IMG/VR virus record: IMGVR_UViG_3300010403_000024
Span: 1 to 64,000 of that record
Source: a virus
Length of the DNA stretch: 64,000 bases
Strand: one strand, 5' to 3'
The notes below the pieces were generated by a model that worked only from the letters and a program-made list of their open reading frames with translations, made no database searches and had not been told where the DNA came from. The position numbers and the translations under genes are program-made. Positions 55,582 to 64,000 of the stretch are shown here, piece by piece (the first letter of the stretch is position 1; each line of letters begins with the position of its first letter).

Positions 55582-55775
55582 CCGCCGCACAGTTAGCAGA
55601 CTTCAGGCGCCGCACCGGCGGCAGCATCGCGCCCGCGGTGCCGGTCAAGGAACTGCCCAAGTTTGCCGAGATGCTGGAAGTGTTCGCCACCAGCGACGAG
55701 CGCAAGTCGGCGTTAAAGAAGCTGGACGGGAAGAGCGAGGAGTGGCGCAAGGCGCTGGGCTTCAGCATTACGTGA
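55578..55775 (+). CDS. Hypothetical protein
   Basis: Coupled. Confidence 0.55.
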   Translation: MTAAQLADFRRRTGGSIAPAVPVKELPKFAEMLEVFATSDERKSALKKLDGKSEEWRKALGFSIT

Positions 55776-56191
55776 GGCGAGCGAGGCGAGTGAAGCGAGC
55801 GAAGCGCAAAGCCAAGCCCATTGTGGATCGGCACTTGGGGGTGTTCCTAATGGGCCACCTCAACGTCGATCTCTACGCCAACACCCAGATGCAGGGAGGC
55901 GAGTTTTATTTCTGGCCCGACGAGAAGTCGCTGCCGTGCATCCGGGTCGGATTGGATGGAAGCTGGCCAGACACCATAAGCTGGCTGCTGCATGAGGCGC
56001 TGGAGTTTGCCCTGTGCCACCGGCAACTGCGCTTTGCGCGCACCGCAAAGCTCAATGGTGATCACGCGGATTTCCTGTTTGTGTTCGACCACTGCGAATA
56101 TGGAAACGTGTGTTCGATGGTGGGAAGATTTCTCGTCGATGCGCTGCCTGCGTGGACCAAGGCGTACCGGGAGTGGAAACGAAAGGGCTAG
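55772..56191 (+). CDS. Hypothetical protein with LLHEALE (zincin-like) motif
   Basis: GTG 55772; HExxE. Confidence 0.55.
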   Translation: MRRARRVKRAKRKAKPIVDRHLGVFLMGHLNVDLYANTQMQGGEFYFWPDEKSLPCIRVGLDGSWPDTISWLLHEALEFALCHRQLRFARTAKLNGDHADFLFVFDHCEYGNVCSMVGRFLVDALPAWTKAYREWKRKG

Positions 56192-56319
56192 AGTTTAATC
56201 ACCCACGTTCGCTTGCACTTGTGGCACTCCCACACCGTCCCGGACATCACGACACCATGGAATTTTCCGTGCCTGCGCTTGCACCAGTTTGCCTTGAAGT
56301 TGTATAGCCACTTTTTCAT
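56188..56319 (-). CDS. Small zinc-finger peptide (43 aa)
   Basis: MKKWLYNFKANWCKRRHGKFH...WECHKCKRTW. Confidence 0.55.
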   Translation of the reverse strand: MKKWLYNFKANWCKRRHGKFHGVVMSGTVWECHKCKRTWVIKL

Positions 56320-56346
56320 GCGGCAAGCTTCTCAAGTTTTGAAGCA

Positions 56347-56365
56347 GTAGGCAAAACTTGCCTAG
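56347..56365. promoter_or_regulatory. Palindrome GTAGGCAAAACTTGCCTAG before internal virion genes
   Basis: Identical 19-mer at 59873-59891; partial at 11279-11294. Confidence 0.7.
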
Positions 56366-56396
56366 TCCGGGGGAATAGCGTAATAGACGCCTTGAG

Positions 56397-58043
56397 ATGG
56401 CAACGTACGCATCAGCCTTGTCGCCCCGTTACTACGGCGGGCAGCAGGTGAACCCGATGGGCTACGGCTCGAACATCGCCGACAATCAACTGATCGACTG
56501 GCAGCAGCAGCTCCAGAAATTCCCAAGAATCTACGGCACGGGTTGGGGCTATGGACCAGCGCCGGTGCCGACCGGAACGGCCAAGAGCGTGATGGCGGGC
56601 GCCTCGCCCTGGGGCGGATTTAACTTCGGAGCGGTCGCACCCTCGACGGCAACGGGCTCGACGAGTGGCCTGCCGCTGCTCACGACCTCGAAGTCTCCGG
56701 CGGGCAATGCGGCGCTGGAAGCGACGCTCGCGCGGGTGAGCAGCCTGTCGAACGACCCGAACCAGCCAGTGTTCACCACCATCAAGGACCCGGCGCAGGC
56801 GGCGCGGATCGCTGCCACCGGCGGACAGTTCGACACCGCGACCGGCCAGGGGCGCGAACGGCTGGCGGATTTCACGGCCAACTTTTTCAACGCCGCGCCG
56901 GAGGCCAAGCGTTACACCGATCAGGAGACGGGCGCGATCGGCGAATACTACGGTCCAGCCAGCGACCCCAACTCGGTCACGGCGTCATTGAACCGATTGC
57001 TCAACCAGCGCCGGCAAGCGGTGGCGGGCAGCCTGCAGCGGGCGCTGAACCAATCGGTGCGGCGCGGCAACATCAATCGATTGGGATTGGGCGGCGACTC
57101 GTCTTACAACAACCAGCAGTTTATGGACACGGCCGCCGGCATCATGTCGGGCGAGGCCGCGACCGAGGCGGAGTTGAACCGCAACAATTACCTGGCGGTG
57201 AAGGACGCGCAGGCGCGATTGGCCGGCCAGCGGAGCGGGCTGTTGCAGAATTATCTGACGCGGGATCTGATCCCGATAGAGGCTAACCAGCGCTTCCTGA
57301 GCAGCACGGTAGGGAACCTCGGTGCGCTCGGCAACGTGACGAACGCCAACAACCTTTACCAGACGCCCGAACAGTTGCAGAGCGCGAGGCTGGGGCTGCT
57401 CGGCCAGTACGGGGCGGACCTGAATGCGCTCAACATCTTCGGCGTAGGCGGGAATTTCCCAAGCCCGGCAGCGAACTGGGGGAATCCGAATCGGGGCTTG
57501 GGACCAATCGACTACAGCGGCTTCGGCGGCGGCCTGACGCTTGATGCGAGGACCGGCCAGGTGGTGGGTGGCGGCGGAGGAGGCACAAGCCAGACCCGCG
57601 GGATGTTGCCCGCCCAGTACGCCAATGCCGACCCGGTGACGCGGGCGGCGGCCATGCAGTATTATCAAGCGAGCGGGGTGTGGCCAAACCAGGACGTGAA
57701 CTACTCGCCCGAATTGTGGAACTGGGCGCGAGGACAAGTCGCGGGCATGCCGAGGCCGAACACCGGCACGACCGGCAACGTGGGATTGTACGGGTTGGAT
57801 TACGCCAGCCAAGTGGTGAACGGCGGAGGTGGAGGAAACCTGCCCGGCAATTACGGCCTGTACGGCACCGACTACGGGCCGCCGATGGTGAATGGCGCGC
57901 CGCTTGGCTACGGGCTTTACGGCACTGATTACGGCCCGAATGTGTGGCCAACAGCGGGCGGCGCACGCGGGGCGATGATTGACGCGCGACGCGCCGGGGG
58001 GCTGAGCGATGCGGATCTGGCCTACTTGTTCGGGGGTGGCTAA
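56397..58043 (+). CDS. Internal virion / DNA ejection protein (putative)
   Basis: Gly/Asn/Gln/Ala-rich, no Cys, after tail genes; GLYGxDY x3. Confidence 0.65.
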   Translation: MATYASALSPRYYGGQQVNPMGYGSNIADNQLIDWQQQLQKFPRIYGTGWGYGPAPVPTGTAKSVMAGASPWGGFNFGAVAPSTATGSTSGLPLLTTSKSPAGNAALEATLARVSSLSNDPNQPVFTTIKDPAQAARIAATGGQFDTATGQGRERLADFTANFFNAAPEAKRYTDQETGAIGEYYGPASDPNSVTASLNRLLNQRRQAVAGSLQRALNQSVRRGNINRLGLGGDSSYNNQQFMDTAAGIMSGEAATEAELNRNNYLAVKDAQARLAGQRSGLLQNYLTRDLIPIEANQRFLSSTVGNLGALGNVTNANNLYQTPEQLQSARLGLLGQYGADLNALNIFGVGGNFPSPAANWGNPNRGLGPIDYSGFGGGLTLDARTGQVVGGGGGGTSQTRGMLPAQYANADPVTRAAAMQYYQASGVWPNQDVNYSPELWNWARGQVAGMPRPNTGTTGNVGLYGLDYASQVVNGGGGGNLPGNYGLYGTDYGPPMVNGAPLGYGLYGTDYGPNVWPTAGGARGAMIDARRAGGLSDADLAYLFGGG

Positions 58044-58051
58044 CACTCTTT

Positions 58052-58867
58052 ATGAAAAACTGGATTGCCAAAGCCACGCGCAACAAGGGCGGCTTGCACC
58101 GCTTTTTGATCGCAGCGCTCGCGCTCGCGCTCTGCCTGCCGGTCTTGGCGGATCGGCGCGGTCAACTGATGCAGCAGCGGCCAGGGAGTGCGGCGGCAAC
58201 CGCCATTCACTACTGGAAATTCGACGAGTCAGCCAGTCCATGGGCAGATTCGGTCGCGGCCACGGCCATGACTTCGGGCGACGCCGTGCTCTCAGCGACC
58301 GGGATACTCAATCTTGGAGTACGCTTCGCGAGTGTCGGAGCGACCCCAATCACGATCAATTCGGACAATGCCGCAAACATCGTGATCGGCGGAGCCGGAC
58401 TCACCTTCACCGCTTGGGTAAAGTTTGCCAGTTTTGGCACCAGCGCTGGGGCGCAAATCTTTTCCTTCACCGGCTCCTCACCGCTGAAACGATTCAGGGT
58501 GGTGGTCGATGACACTGGCACGCCAAATTTCTACATCGGGTTATCATTGCAATACACACCGACCGCGACATTTGCTCTCAACCAGTGGACGCTGGTGCGC
58601 ATCCAGTACGACAACTCGACCAAGAAATTCGGCTTTCAAAGGTCGGATGCCATGAACGGGATCGGCTCGCTGGAGGAGAGCGCGGTAGTCTCAGACTTGG
58701 CAGGGAGCACCAGCGGCTTCATCCAGTTGAGCAGTGACGGGGGGCCGGCGGCCTCAAATGATTATATTGAGGACGAGTGCGGGTTATGGAACCGGCTCTT
58801 GAGTTCGGGCGAGCACAGCACGCTCTATGGCGGCGGCTCGCCGCCATCGTACCCCAACGTGCCTTAA
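58052..58867 (+). CDS. Secreted LamG/concanavalin-A-like lectin with DRRGQL peptide
   Basis: VLA|DRRGQLMQQRP; IHYWKFDE, TFTAWVK, DECGLWNR.LS..E...LY. Confidence 0.82.
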   Translation: MKNWIAKATRNKGGLHRFLIAALALALCLPVLADRRGQLMQQRPGSAAATAIHYWKFDESASPWADSVAATAMTSGDAVLSATGILNLGVRFASVGATPITINSDNAANIVIGGAGLTFTAWVKFASFGTSAGAQIFSFTGSSPLKRFRVVVDDTGTPNFYIGLSLQYTPTATFALNQWTLVRIQYDNSTKKFGFQRSDAMNGIGSLEESAVVSDLAGSTSGFIQLSSDGGPAASNDYIEDECGLWNRLLSSGEHSTLYGGGSPPSYPNVP

Positions 58868-58870
58868 CCT

Positions 58871-59767
58871 ATGGCCTACGTGTTTGGCAACGACTACGGC
58901 AACCTCTACGGCAACCTTCTGGGCACGCAGCAGGCCGATGCCTCGAACTGGTTTCGGATGTCGGACCTGGGCCGGGCGCAGGAGGGCGATCAGTTCAACC
59001 GCATGCTGGCGGTCAGCAATCTGGCCAATCAGGAAGCGGAGCGCGCGCGAGCCGCGCAGCAGTGGAATTTCCAGCGGCAGAACGCAGTGGCGGAGATGGC
59101 GCTACGGCAGGCGGCGGAGCGGCGGGCCGAGCAGGAGATGGGCCTGCGCGCCAAAGAGAGCGACTGGCGGATGCGGCAGCCGAATCCGACCGAGGAACGC
59201 GGGGCGGAGATGCTGTTTAAGAGTGCGCTGGAGGCCGCCGACACCGGGGAACTGACGCCGGAAGTGACGAAGACCCTGCCGGAGAGTCACCGGGAATTTC
59301 TCAACCTGCACAACGAACGGGCGCGCAAAGCGATCTCCGGACAGAAAAGCGATCTCGATGCGGCGGCGGATTTGTTGAACGAGATCACTTCGCTCGAGTA
59401 CCAGATCAAGCAGAGCAAGGAGGATATGCCGGGCTACATCAGCACCCGCCAACCCTTCGGCTTGCTGCCCGGACCCAAGCCGGGCGAGGGCCGCTACGCC
59501 CAGCGCGAGCGCATGATGGACGTGGATTTGCCGGAGTGGCAGAGCCGGCTGGAACAGTTGCAGAAGGCGGCAGCGTCAATCAGGCCCGAGACGCGGGCGC
59601 ACCTGCGGATCAATGAGCGCGGCTGGTGGGAACCCAATTTCAGGCTGCCGTGGGCTACGGGGCCAAGTGGTGCGATGCCGCCAACAGGATCACCAACTGC
59701 CGGACCAATCGCCGCAAGAGCGCCAGTGCTGGAGAACGACCCGCTTGGGTTGGGGATCAGACGATAG
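58871..59767 (+). CDS. Internal virion protein (putative)
   Basis: Coiled coil, C-terminal NDPLGL. Confidence 0.65.
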   Translation: MAYVFGNDYGNLYGNLLGTQQADASNWFRMSDLGRAQEGDQFNRMLAVSNLANQEAERARAAQQWNFQRQNAVAEMALRQAAERRAEQEMGLRAKESDWRMRQPNPTEERGAEMLFKSALEAADTGELTPEVTKTLPESHREFLNLHNERARKAISGQKSDLDAAADLLNEITSLEYQIKQSKEDMPGYISTRQPFGLLPGPKPGEGRYAQRERMMDVDLPEWQSRLEQLQKAAASIRPETRAHLRINERGWWEPNFRLPWATGPSGAMPPTGSPTAGPIAARAPVLENDPLGLGIRR

Positions 59768-59872
59768 GGCGAGCGCGGCAGAGGATTGCACTCTGCATGA
59801 TGGTTGCTCTTTTCACCTGGAGGGTGGATGTCCATTTTTGCCGCCTCAAATGAGGAAGCAAAAATGGACAAG

Positions 59873-59891
59873 GTAGGCAAAACTTGCCTAG
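59873..59891. promoter_or_regulatory. Palindrome GTAGGCAAAACTTGCCTAG before giant ORF
   Basis: Identical to 56347-56365. Confidence 0.7.
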
Positions 59892-59919
59892 CAGGCGGGC
59901 GTGGCGTACAAGGCCAGCA

Positions 59920-62900
59920 ATGCCGGGCAACAGCGTGATCAATGCGGTGCGGGAGAAATACCCGCAGTACGCGGACGTGGAGGACGATGAACTGACGCGG
60001 GCCATCGGGCAGAAGTATCCGCAATACCTGGACGTGGAGGATTTCGCGAAGGACTTCAAGCGGGTATCGGGCGCTCTCACTCAACCATCAAGCGAAACCA
60101 CTTCGGCAGGCGGCGCGATGCTGCGCACGGCGGTCAAGGGCGCGGTGCCGGCAGCGGCTTTCGGCACGGGCTTTGGCGCGGTCTATCCCTGGGCGACGGG
60201 TGCGCTCGCCCCTGTAACAGGGCCGCTGGCGCCGATCCTCGGAGCCATCCCGGCGGCGATTGCGGGGAGCGTGGCGGCGCGAGCAGCGGGCGCGGTGCAG
60301 GGAGCAGTGGCCGAGACGGTCGCGCCAGAGACAACCAAACGATTTGAGGAACTGGAGCGGGCGGATGTCGAGCAGCATCCAGGCGCGGTCTTTGCCGGGG
60401 AGCTGGCCAGCGGCCTGCCCTCGATGCGATTGGCACCGGGAACGGTCGCGCGCGGGATTGGGTTGTTGCCGCGGCTGGCCCGGGGGGCGGCGACAGCGGC
60501 AGAGAAGCAAGCGGTCGGCGAGGCCGCCGGTCGCGTAGTGGGTGGCGCGGTGTTTGGAGCAGCCACGCCGTTGCTCGAAGGACGGCTGCCGACCTGGCAT
60601 GATGTGCTGAGCGGGGCGGCGTTTACGAGCATCTACGGGGAGCCGAGGTGGCATGCGCCGGGGGCGCGGGCGGGAGCACGCTACGCACAACGTGGGAAGC
60701 TCGGCTACTTGTCACGGCAGGCGATCAAGGAAGGCGTCGCCGAGCCGATTGAAGGTGGAGAGAGGACAGAGCCTGAACCGCCGGAGACGGAGGAAGGCGG
60801 AGCGGGAGTGACGCAGCCGCCCCCTGGACCAGGACCGAAGACACCGCCGCCTGTGCAGGTGCCGGAACCGGAGACAGTCGAAGCGCGCACTGCCACAACC
60901 GAGCAACTGAACCGGGCGCGAAAGCTGGGCTACCGCATCCTGGCCAATCGCGGCGTGGCCCCCGATGTGGCGAATTTATTTGTCGAACGCTACGTGCAGC
61001 AGAACCAGCCGGCGGAAGTGGGCGAGAAGTTCCGAAGCGACCTCAATGCGGCCTTTGACGAGAGCGGTTTGCTCTCGGAGCGCGAGGCCAACCAGTACTC
61101 GAACGAAGCGCGGCTGCGGGCGGCGGAAGGGGTGGGCAGCGAATCGGAGATCCAGCAGGCCATAGAAAAGCACGCCCAACGGGCGCAGGAGATCGCGGCC
61201 AACAACCGAAAGATTTTAGCAAACGAAGGTCTGATCGAGAAAGGAAAAACCAGTGAAGGAGAAAAGCAAAAAGCAGGTGCGCTACCTGTTGTCGAGCGGC
61301 AGCCCGCTCAAGCCCAGCCAGAAGCAGAAGCTCAAGCGGGAACTGCACAGCGGCCAGGTGCGGGTGAAGAAAAGCAAGCTCAGCCGGTATTAAAACCGGA
61401 GTGGGCGACCGACTACCAGCCTGAGCAGTGGCGGGTGACGGTGCAGCGGGATGCGGCCACGCCGGAGGGCGGGACCATCCCGACCGGCTACGTGCAGATG
61501 GATCGGGTGATCGACGGCCAGAACACGCACTCGACCAACCCGGAGGCGATGCGGCAGGCGGGCTTGGAGGTGCCGACGACCGCCGAGTTGAAGACGCTGC
61601 CGCAGGGACAATACACGCTCGCGGAGGCGGTTAAGAAATTGGGCGAGAAAGCGGCTCCAGTTAAACCGACGACGATTAACCAAACTGCACCTGGGGCCGA
61701 GAATCTTAACCAGCCAGCAGGAGGCCAACAGAAAGTTGAGCCTATCACTGAAAGGGTAACACCGCCATTAACGCAGCCAGCCAAAGAGACAACGGCTGTC
61801 CCTGCAAAAGCTCCGGTGGCCAAAGCCCAAGCTGAAGTCTCGAAAGTTGCCAAGACGGAAGGCGTGCGGAGCGCGAAGGAGATCAAGACTGAACTGATTT
61901 CCAAAATCGAAGCAGCGCATAAGAATGCTCCGCTTCTCGCGGATTGGCGCAAGGGGATGCCTAGCCATATCACAATCGAAATTCCGGGTGATGGCACTTT
62001 CAAAGTCTTGAACAGCAAAGAGGCGATTGGCGAAGTGCTCGCGAATGCCAAACGTATCGCAACAAATCCAAACGTAAAAAGGACAGTCAAATCTTCTCAG
62101 GCTGTGGGCGATATTGCAGTTCAAGCTGAATCCGCAGCCAAGGCGTACGGCAGTCCCGAAGAAGCATACCGATCAGCTATCCGCCAACGAGACGCACTGC
62201 AATCTCAAGAACCACCTGCCGAAGCCGCAGAACGCGAGGCGTGGAACAAGCAAATTGAATCTGCTGATTTTCTGGCCATGGAACTCTACGGCAGCACCAA
62301 GGCTGGCAAACTGGAAACACAAGCCGAAGCCGCAAGAGATCGCGTCGCAACGTATAAAATTGGTGCCCAAGGATTTGAAAAGGAGATCGCCCGCCTCGAA
62401 GCGATTAAGAAAAAAAATCCAGCGAACAAAGAGAGGCTGAAGGACCTGAAAGAGCGTTATGCTGAGAACCGAGCTTTCATAGAAACGAACGAACGCAACG
62501 CCGCGAAATGGGAACAGGAAGCCGCAAAGGAAAAGGCTGCGCTTGAACAACCCGCCGCCAAGCCCTCGGAAGCGGTGCCGGAGAAGGGATTGGACGAACA
62601 GATCGAGGCCCAGAAAGCCAAGCTGAAAGACAGCGCCTCCGGCTTCTACAAGATGGGGATCACGCCCCAGATGAACCTGCAATTTTACCGGGACCTGTAC
62701 GACCTGGCGGTGCTCTACGTGAAGAAGGGAGTGAAGACCGTCGAGGACTTCGCGCGGGAGACTGGCTTCAAGGTGAGCGCCACGTTGCGCAAGGCGTGGG
62801 AGGATGCGAGTGCCGGGCGCGCCCCAGAAGCTGAAGCGGAGAAGGTGCCGACGCCAGAGGCCTCCGAGTTCAGGGCTGACACCGACGGCGCTGTTACAAG

Positions 62901-64000
62901 GGTGATGGGCAGCGAGGACAATGTGCTCGGTCGCCCCAAAGCCTCTCCCGCAGCCGATGCGGCGGCCTTGGGCCATCTGCATCAGGCGATTGACCAGAGC
63001 GGTTTGCGCGTGGTGACCACCCCCAACCGCAGCCTGGGCGGGGTGGAATTTGTGCCCGACGGCTTCAACTACGACGCCGAGGGGCAACGGCTGATCGCCC
63101 ACTTGGAAGCGGAGTTGGCCCTGGCCGGCGGTGCCGACCGTTCGCCCTACCATTTGGCGGCGCTGATCAACTCGATACGCCTCAACCATGAGCGCGGCAA
63201 CCTGAATGACATCTTCTCCGAGCCAGTGCGGGACCGCCTCTATCAACTAACGCAAAGCGAAGCCAGCCACTACGGCTTGATGCTGCACAGCCTGCAACGG
63301 TTCGGACAAGGGATTGAGCGCATCGCCCGCGACGTGCGCGTGTATCTCAAGCGCGAGTGGCGCAAGGAATTTGGCGGCCAGAATTTTGATGCGATCTTCC
63401 GCCGTGTGATGGAGCGGCTGACGCGCGACCTGCCCGACGCGGCGGCGACGACGCTGCGCGATCACCCTGACGTGCAGGAGTTTGTGGAGCGCGTGATCGA
63501 AGCCAACGCCCGCGACCTGGGCGGGCGGGTGTACCGGCGCTTCCAGCAGTTGATGAAACCCAAGAGCGCCAAGCGATTGGGCACTCTGCTGGCCGATACC
63601 CGTGCCCGCGAGGCGGTACAAAAGCTGGTCGAGGACGCCAAGCGGCAAGGGATGACACCAAGGAAAGTGCCGGGCAAGACCAAGCTCGAACCTTGGGAGG
63701 AACTGCTTTACCTGGCCAACCCGGAGAACGCCAGCCGGGTGCAGGACCTGATCGAGGATGCGGTGCGGCAGGGCGAACGCAACGCCGCCCGCGCCATGGC
63801 CGAGCGGCGGCTGAGCCCCGAGGAACTGGACCTGTACGACCAGCGCACGCGCGACCCGCGCGTGGTGGGGCCCGACCCGGTGCCGGAGGAGATTGCCGGC
63901 GGATTGGAAACCCCGGAGTTCAAGCACTGGCAGGTGGTGCGCGATCATTTCCTGGGTTACGACCCGACGACCCTGCGCCTGGCCCGGCAGGTGTTGAGCA
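59920..64000 (+). CDS. Giant internal virion / polyvalent-type protein, truncated by window edge (>1360 aa)
   Basis: Not in ORF track; MPGNSVINAVREKYPQYADVEDDELTRAIGQKYPQY; checked stop-free codon by codon to about 62.7 kb and appears open to the end. Confidence 0.8.
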   Translation, partial: MPGNSVINAVREKYPQYADVEDDELTRAIGQKYPQYLDVEDFAKDFKRVSGALTQPSSETTSAGGAMLRTAVKGAVPAAAFGTGFGAVYPWATGALAPVTGPLAPILGAIPAAIAGSVAARAAGAVQGAVAETVAPETTKRFEELERADVEQHPGAVFAGELASGLPSMRLAPGTVARGIGLLPRLARGAATAAEKQAVGEAAGRVVGGAVFGAATPLLEGRLPTWHDVLSGAAFTSIYGEPRWHAPGARAGARYAQRGKLGYLSRQAIKEGVAEPIEGGERTEPEPPETEEGGAGVTQPPPGPGPKTPPPVQVPEPETVEARTATTEQLNRARKLGYRILANRGVAPDVANLFVERYVQQNQPAEVGEKFRSDLNAAFDESGLLSEREANQYSNEARLRAAEGVGSESEIQQAIEKHAQRAQEIAANNRKILANEGLIEKGKTSEGEKQKAGALPVVERQPAQAQPEAEAQAGTAQRPGAGEEKQAQPVLKPEWATDYQPEQWRVTVQRDAATPEGGTIPTGYVQMDRVIDGQNTHSTNPEAMRQAGLEVPTTAELKTLPQGQYTLAEAVKKLGEKAAPVKPTTINQTAPGAENLNQPAGGQQKVEPITERVTPPLTQPAKETTAVPAKAPVAKAQAEVSKVAKTEGVRSAKEIKTELISKIEAAHKNAPLLADWRKGMPSHITIEIPGDGTFKVLNSKEAIGEVLANAKRIATNPNVKRTVKSSQAVGDIAVQAESAAKAYGSPEEAYRSAIRQRDALQSQEPPAEAAEREAWNKQIESADFLAMELYGSTKAGKLETQAEAARDRVATYKIGAQGFEKEIARLEAIKKKNPANKERLKDLKERYAENRAFIETNERNAAKWEQEAAKEKAALEQPAAKPSEAVPEKGLDEQIEAQKAKLKDSASGFYKMGITPQMNLQFYRDLYDLAVLYVKKGVKTVEDFARETGFKVSATLRKAWEDASAGRAPEAEAEKVPTPEASEFRADTDGAVTRVMGSEDNVLGRPKASPAADAAALGHLHQAIDQSGLRVVTTPNRSLGGVEFVPDGFNYDAEGQRLIAHLEAELALAGGADRSPYHLAALINSIRLNHERGNLNDIFSEPVRDRLYQLTQSEASHYGLMLHSLQRFGQGIERIARDVRVYLKREWRKEFGGQNFDAIFRRVMERLTRDLPDAAATTLRDHPDVQEFVERVIEANARDLGGRVYRRFQQLMKPKSAKRLGTLLADTRAREAVQKLVEDAKRQGMTPRKVPGKTKLEPWEELLYLANPENASRVQDLIEDAVRQGERNAARAMAERRLSPEELDLYDQRTRDPRVVGPDPVPEEIAGGLETPEFKHWQVVRDHFLGYDPTTLRLARQVLS
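61253..61393 (+). CDS. Small basic protein overprinted in +1 frame of giant ORF (46 aa)
   Basis: AAAGGA SD then GTG; MKEKSKKQVRYLLSSGSPLKPSQKQKLKRELHSGQVRVKKSKLSRY. Confidence 0.65.
   Translation: MKEKSKKQVRYLLSSGSPLKPSQKQKLKRELHSGQVRVKKSKLSRY

Larger units (their letters stand above)
1..64000. mobile_element. Tailed phage/prophage genome segment, podovirus-like, probable Verrucomicrobiota host
   Basis: Terminase, portal-sized gene, scaffold, capsid, P22 gp10-like tail protein, internal virion proteins, lambdoid replication/recombination genes; no host housekeeping genes; no tape measure or sheath seen. Confidence 0.93.

Noticed and set aside
44475-58867. Diversity-generating retroelement acting on the lectins
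   Set aside because: No reverse transcriptase and no ~100-bp TR/VR pair differing at adenines seen; shared sequence is only about 30 nt at the N-terminus
1-64000. Stop-codon reassignment, tRNA genes, integrase/att sites, endolysin, introns or inteins
   Set aside because: Genes are intact in code 11 using all three stops; none of the others was recognised by eye, though they may lie outside the window or be too divergent

Overview
The whole window reads as part of one tailed, podovirus-like phage or prophage genome of high GC. The host is most likely Verrucomicrobiota, inferred from a Verrucomicrobia-style C-terminal sorting domain, Thr-Asn-rich exported proteins and host-type short repeats. 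Positions 1-9.2 kb (minus strand) carry DNA methylase, initiator plus DnaC-like loader, HerA/DUF87 ATPase, YqaJ exonuclease plus ERF recombinase, and an RNase H-like exonuclease. Positions 9.3-64 kb (mostly plus strand) carry fibre and lysis genes, an inverted terminase module, portal, scaffold, capsid, HNH, a glycosyltransferase/methyltransferase/radical-SAM cluster, Cys-rich tail proteins, phosphohydrolases and internal virion proteins, ending in a >1360-aa giant ORF cut by the window edge. The most notable signal is at least seven fibre, lectin or fibre-cluster proteins with Sec signal peptides. Most are strongly Thr-Asn-rich, and two share a DRRGQLxQQRP peptide right after the predicted cleavage site. 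This suggests phage parts that are exported, possibly glycosylated, and attached to the virion later. Other signals are overprinted genes, a repeated operator/leaderless-promoter motif, C4-like RNA leaders, a holin-lipoprotein fusion and a degenerate phosphoesterase fused to a virion protein. No integrase, repressor pair, endolysin, tRNA or CRISPR was recognised. All family calls come from motif recognition by eye, not database searches.
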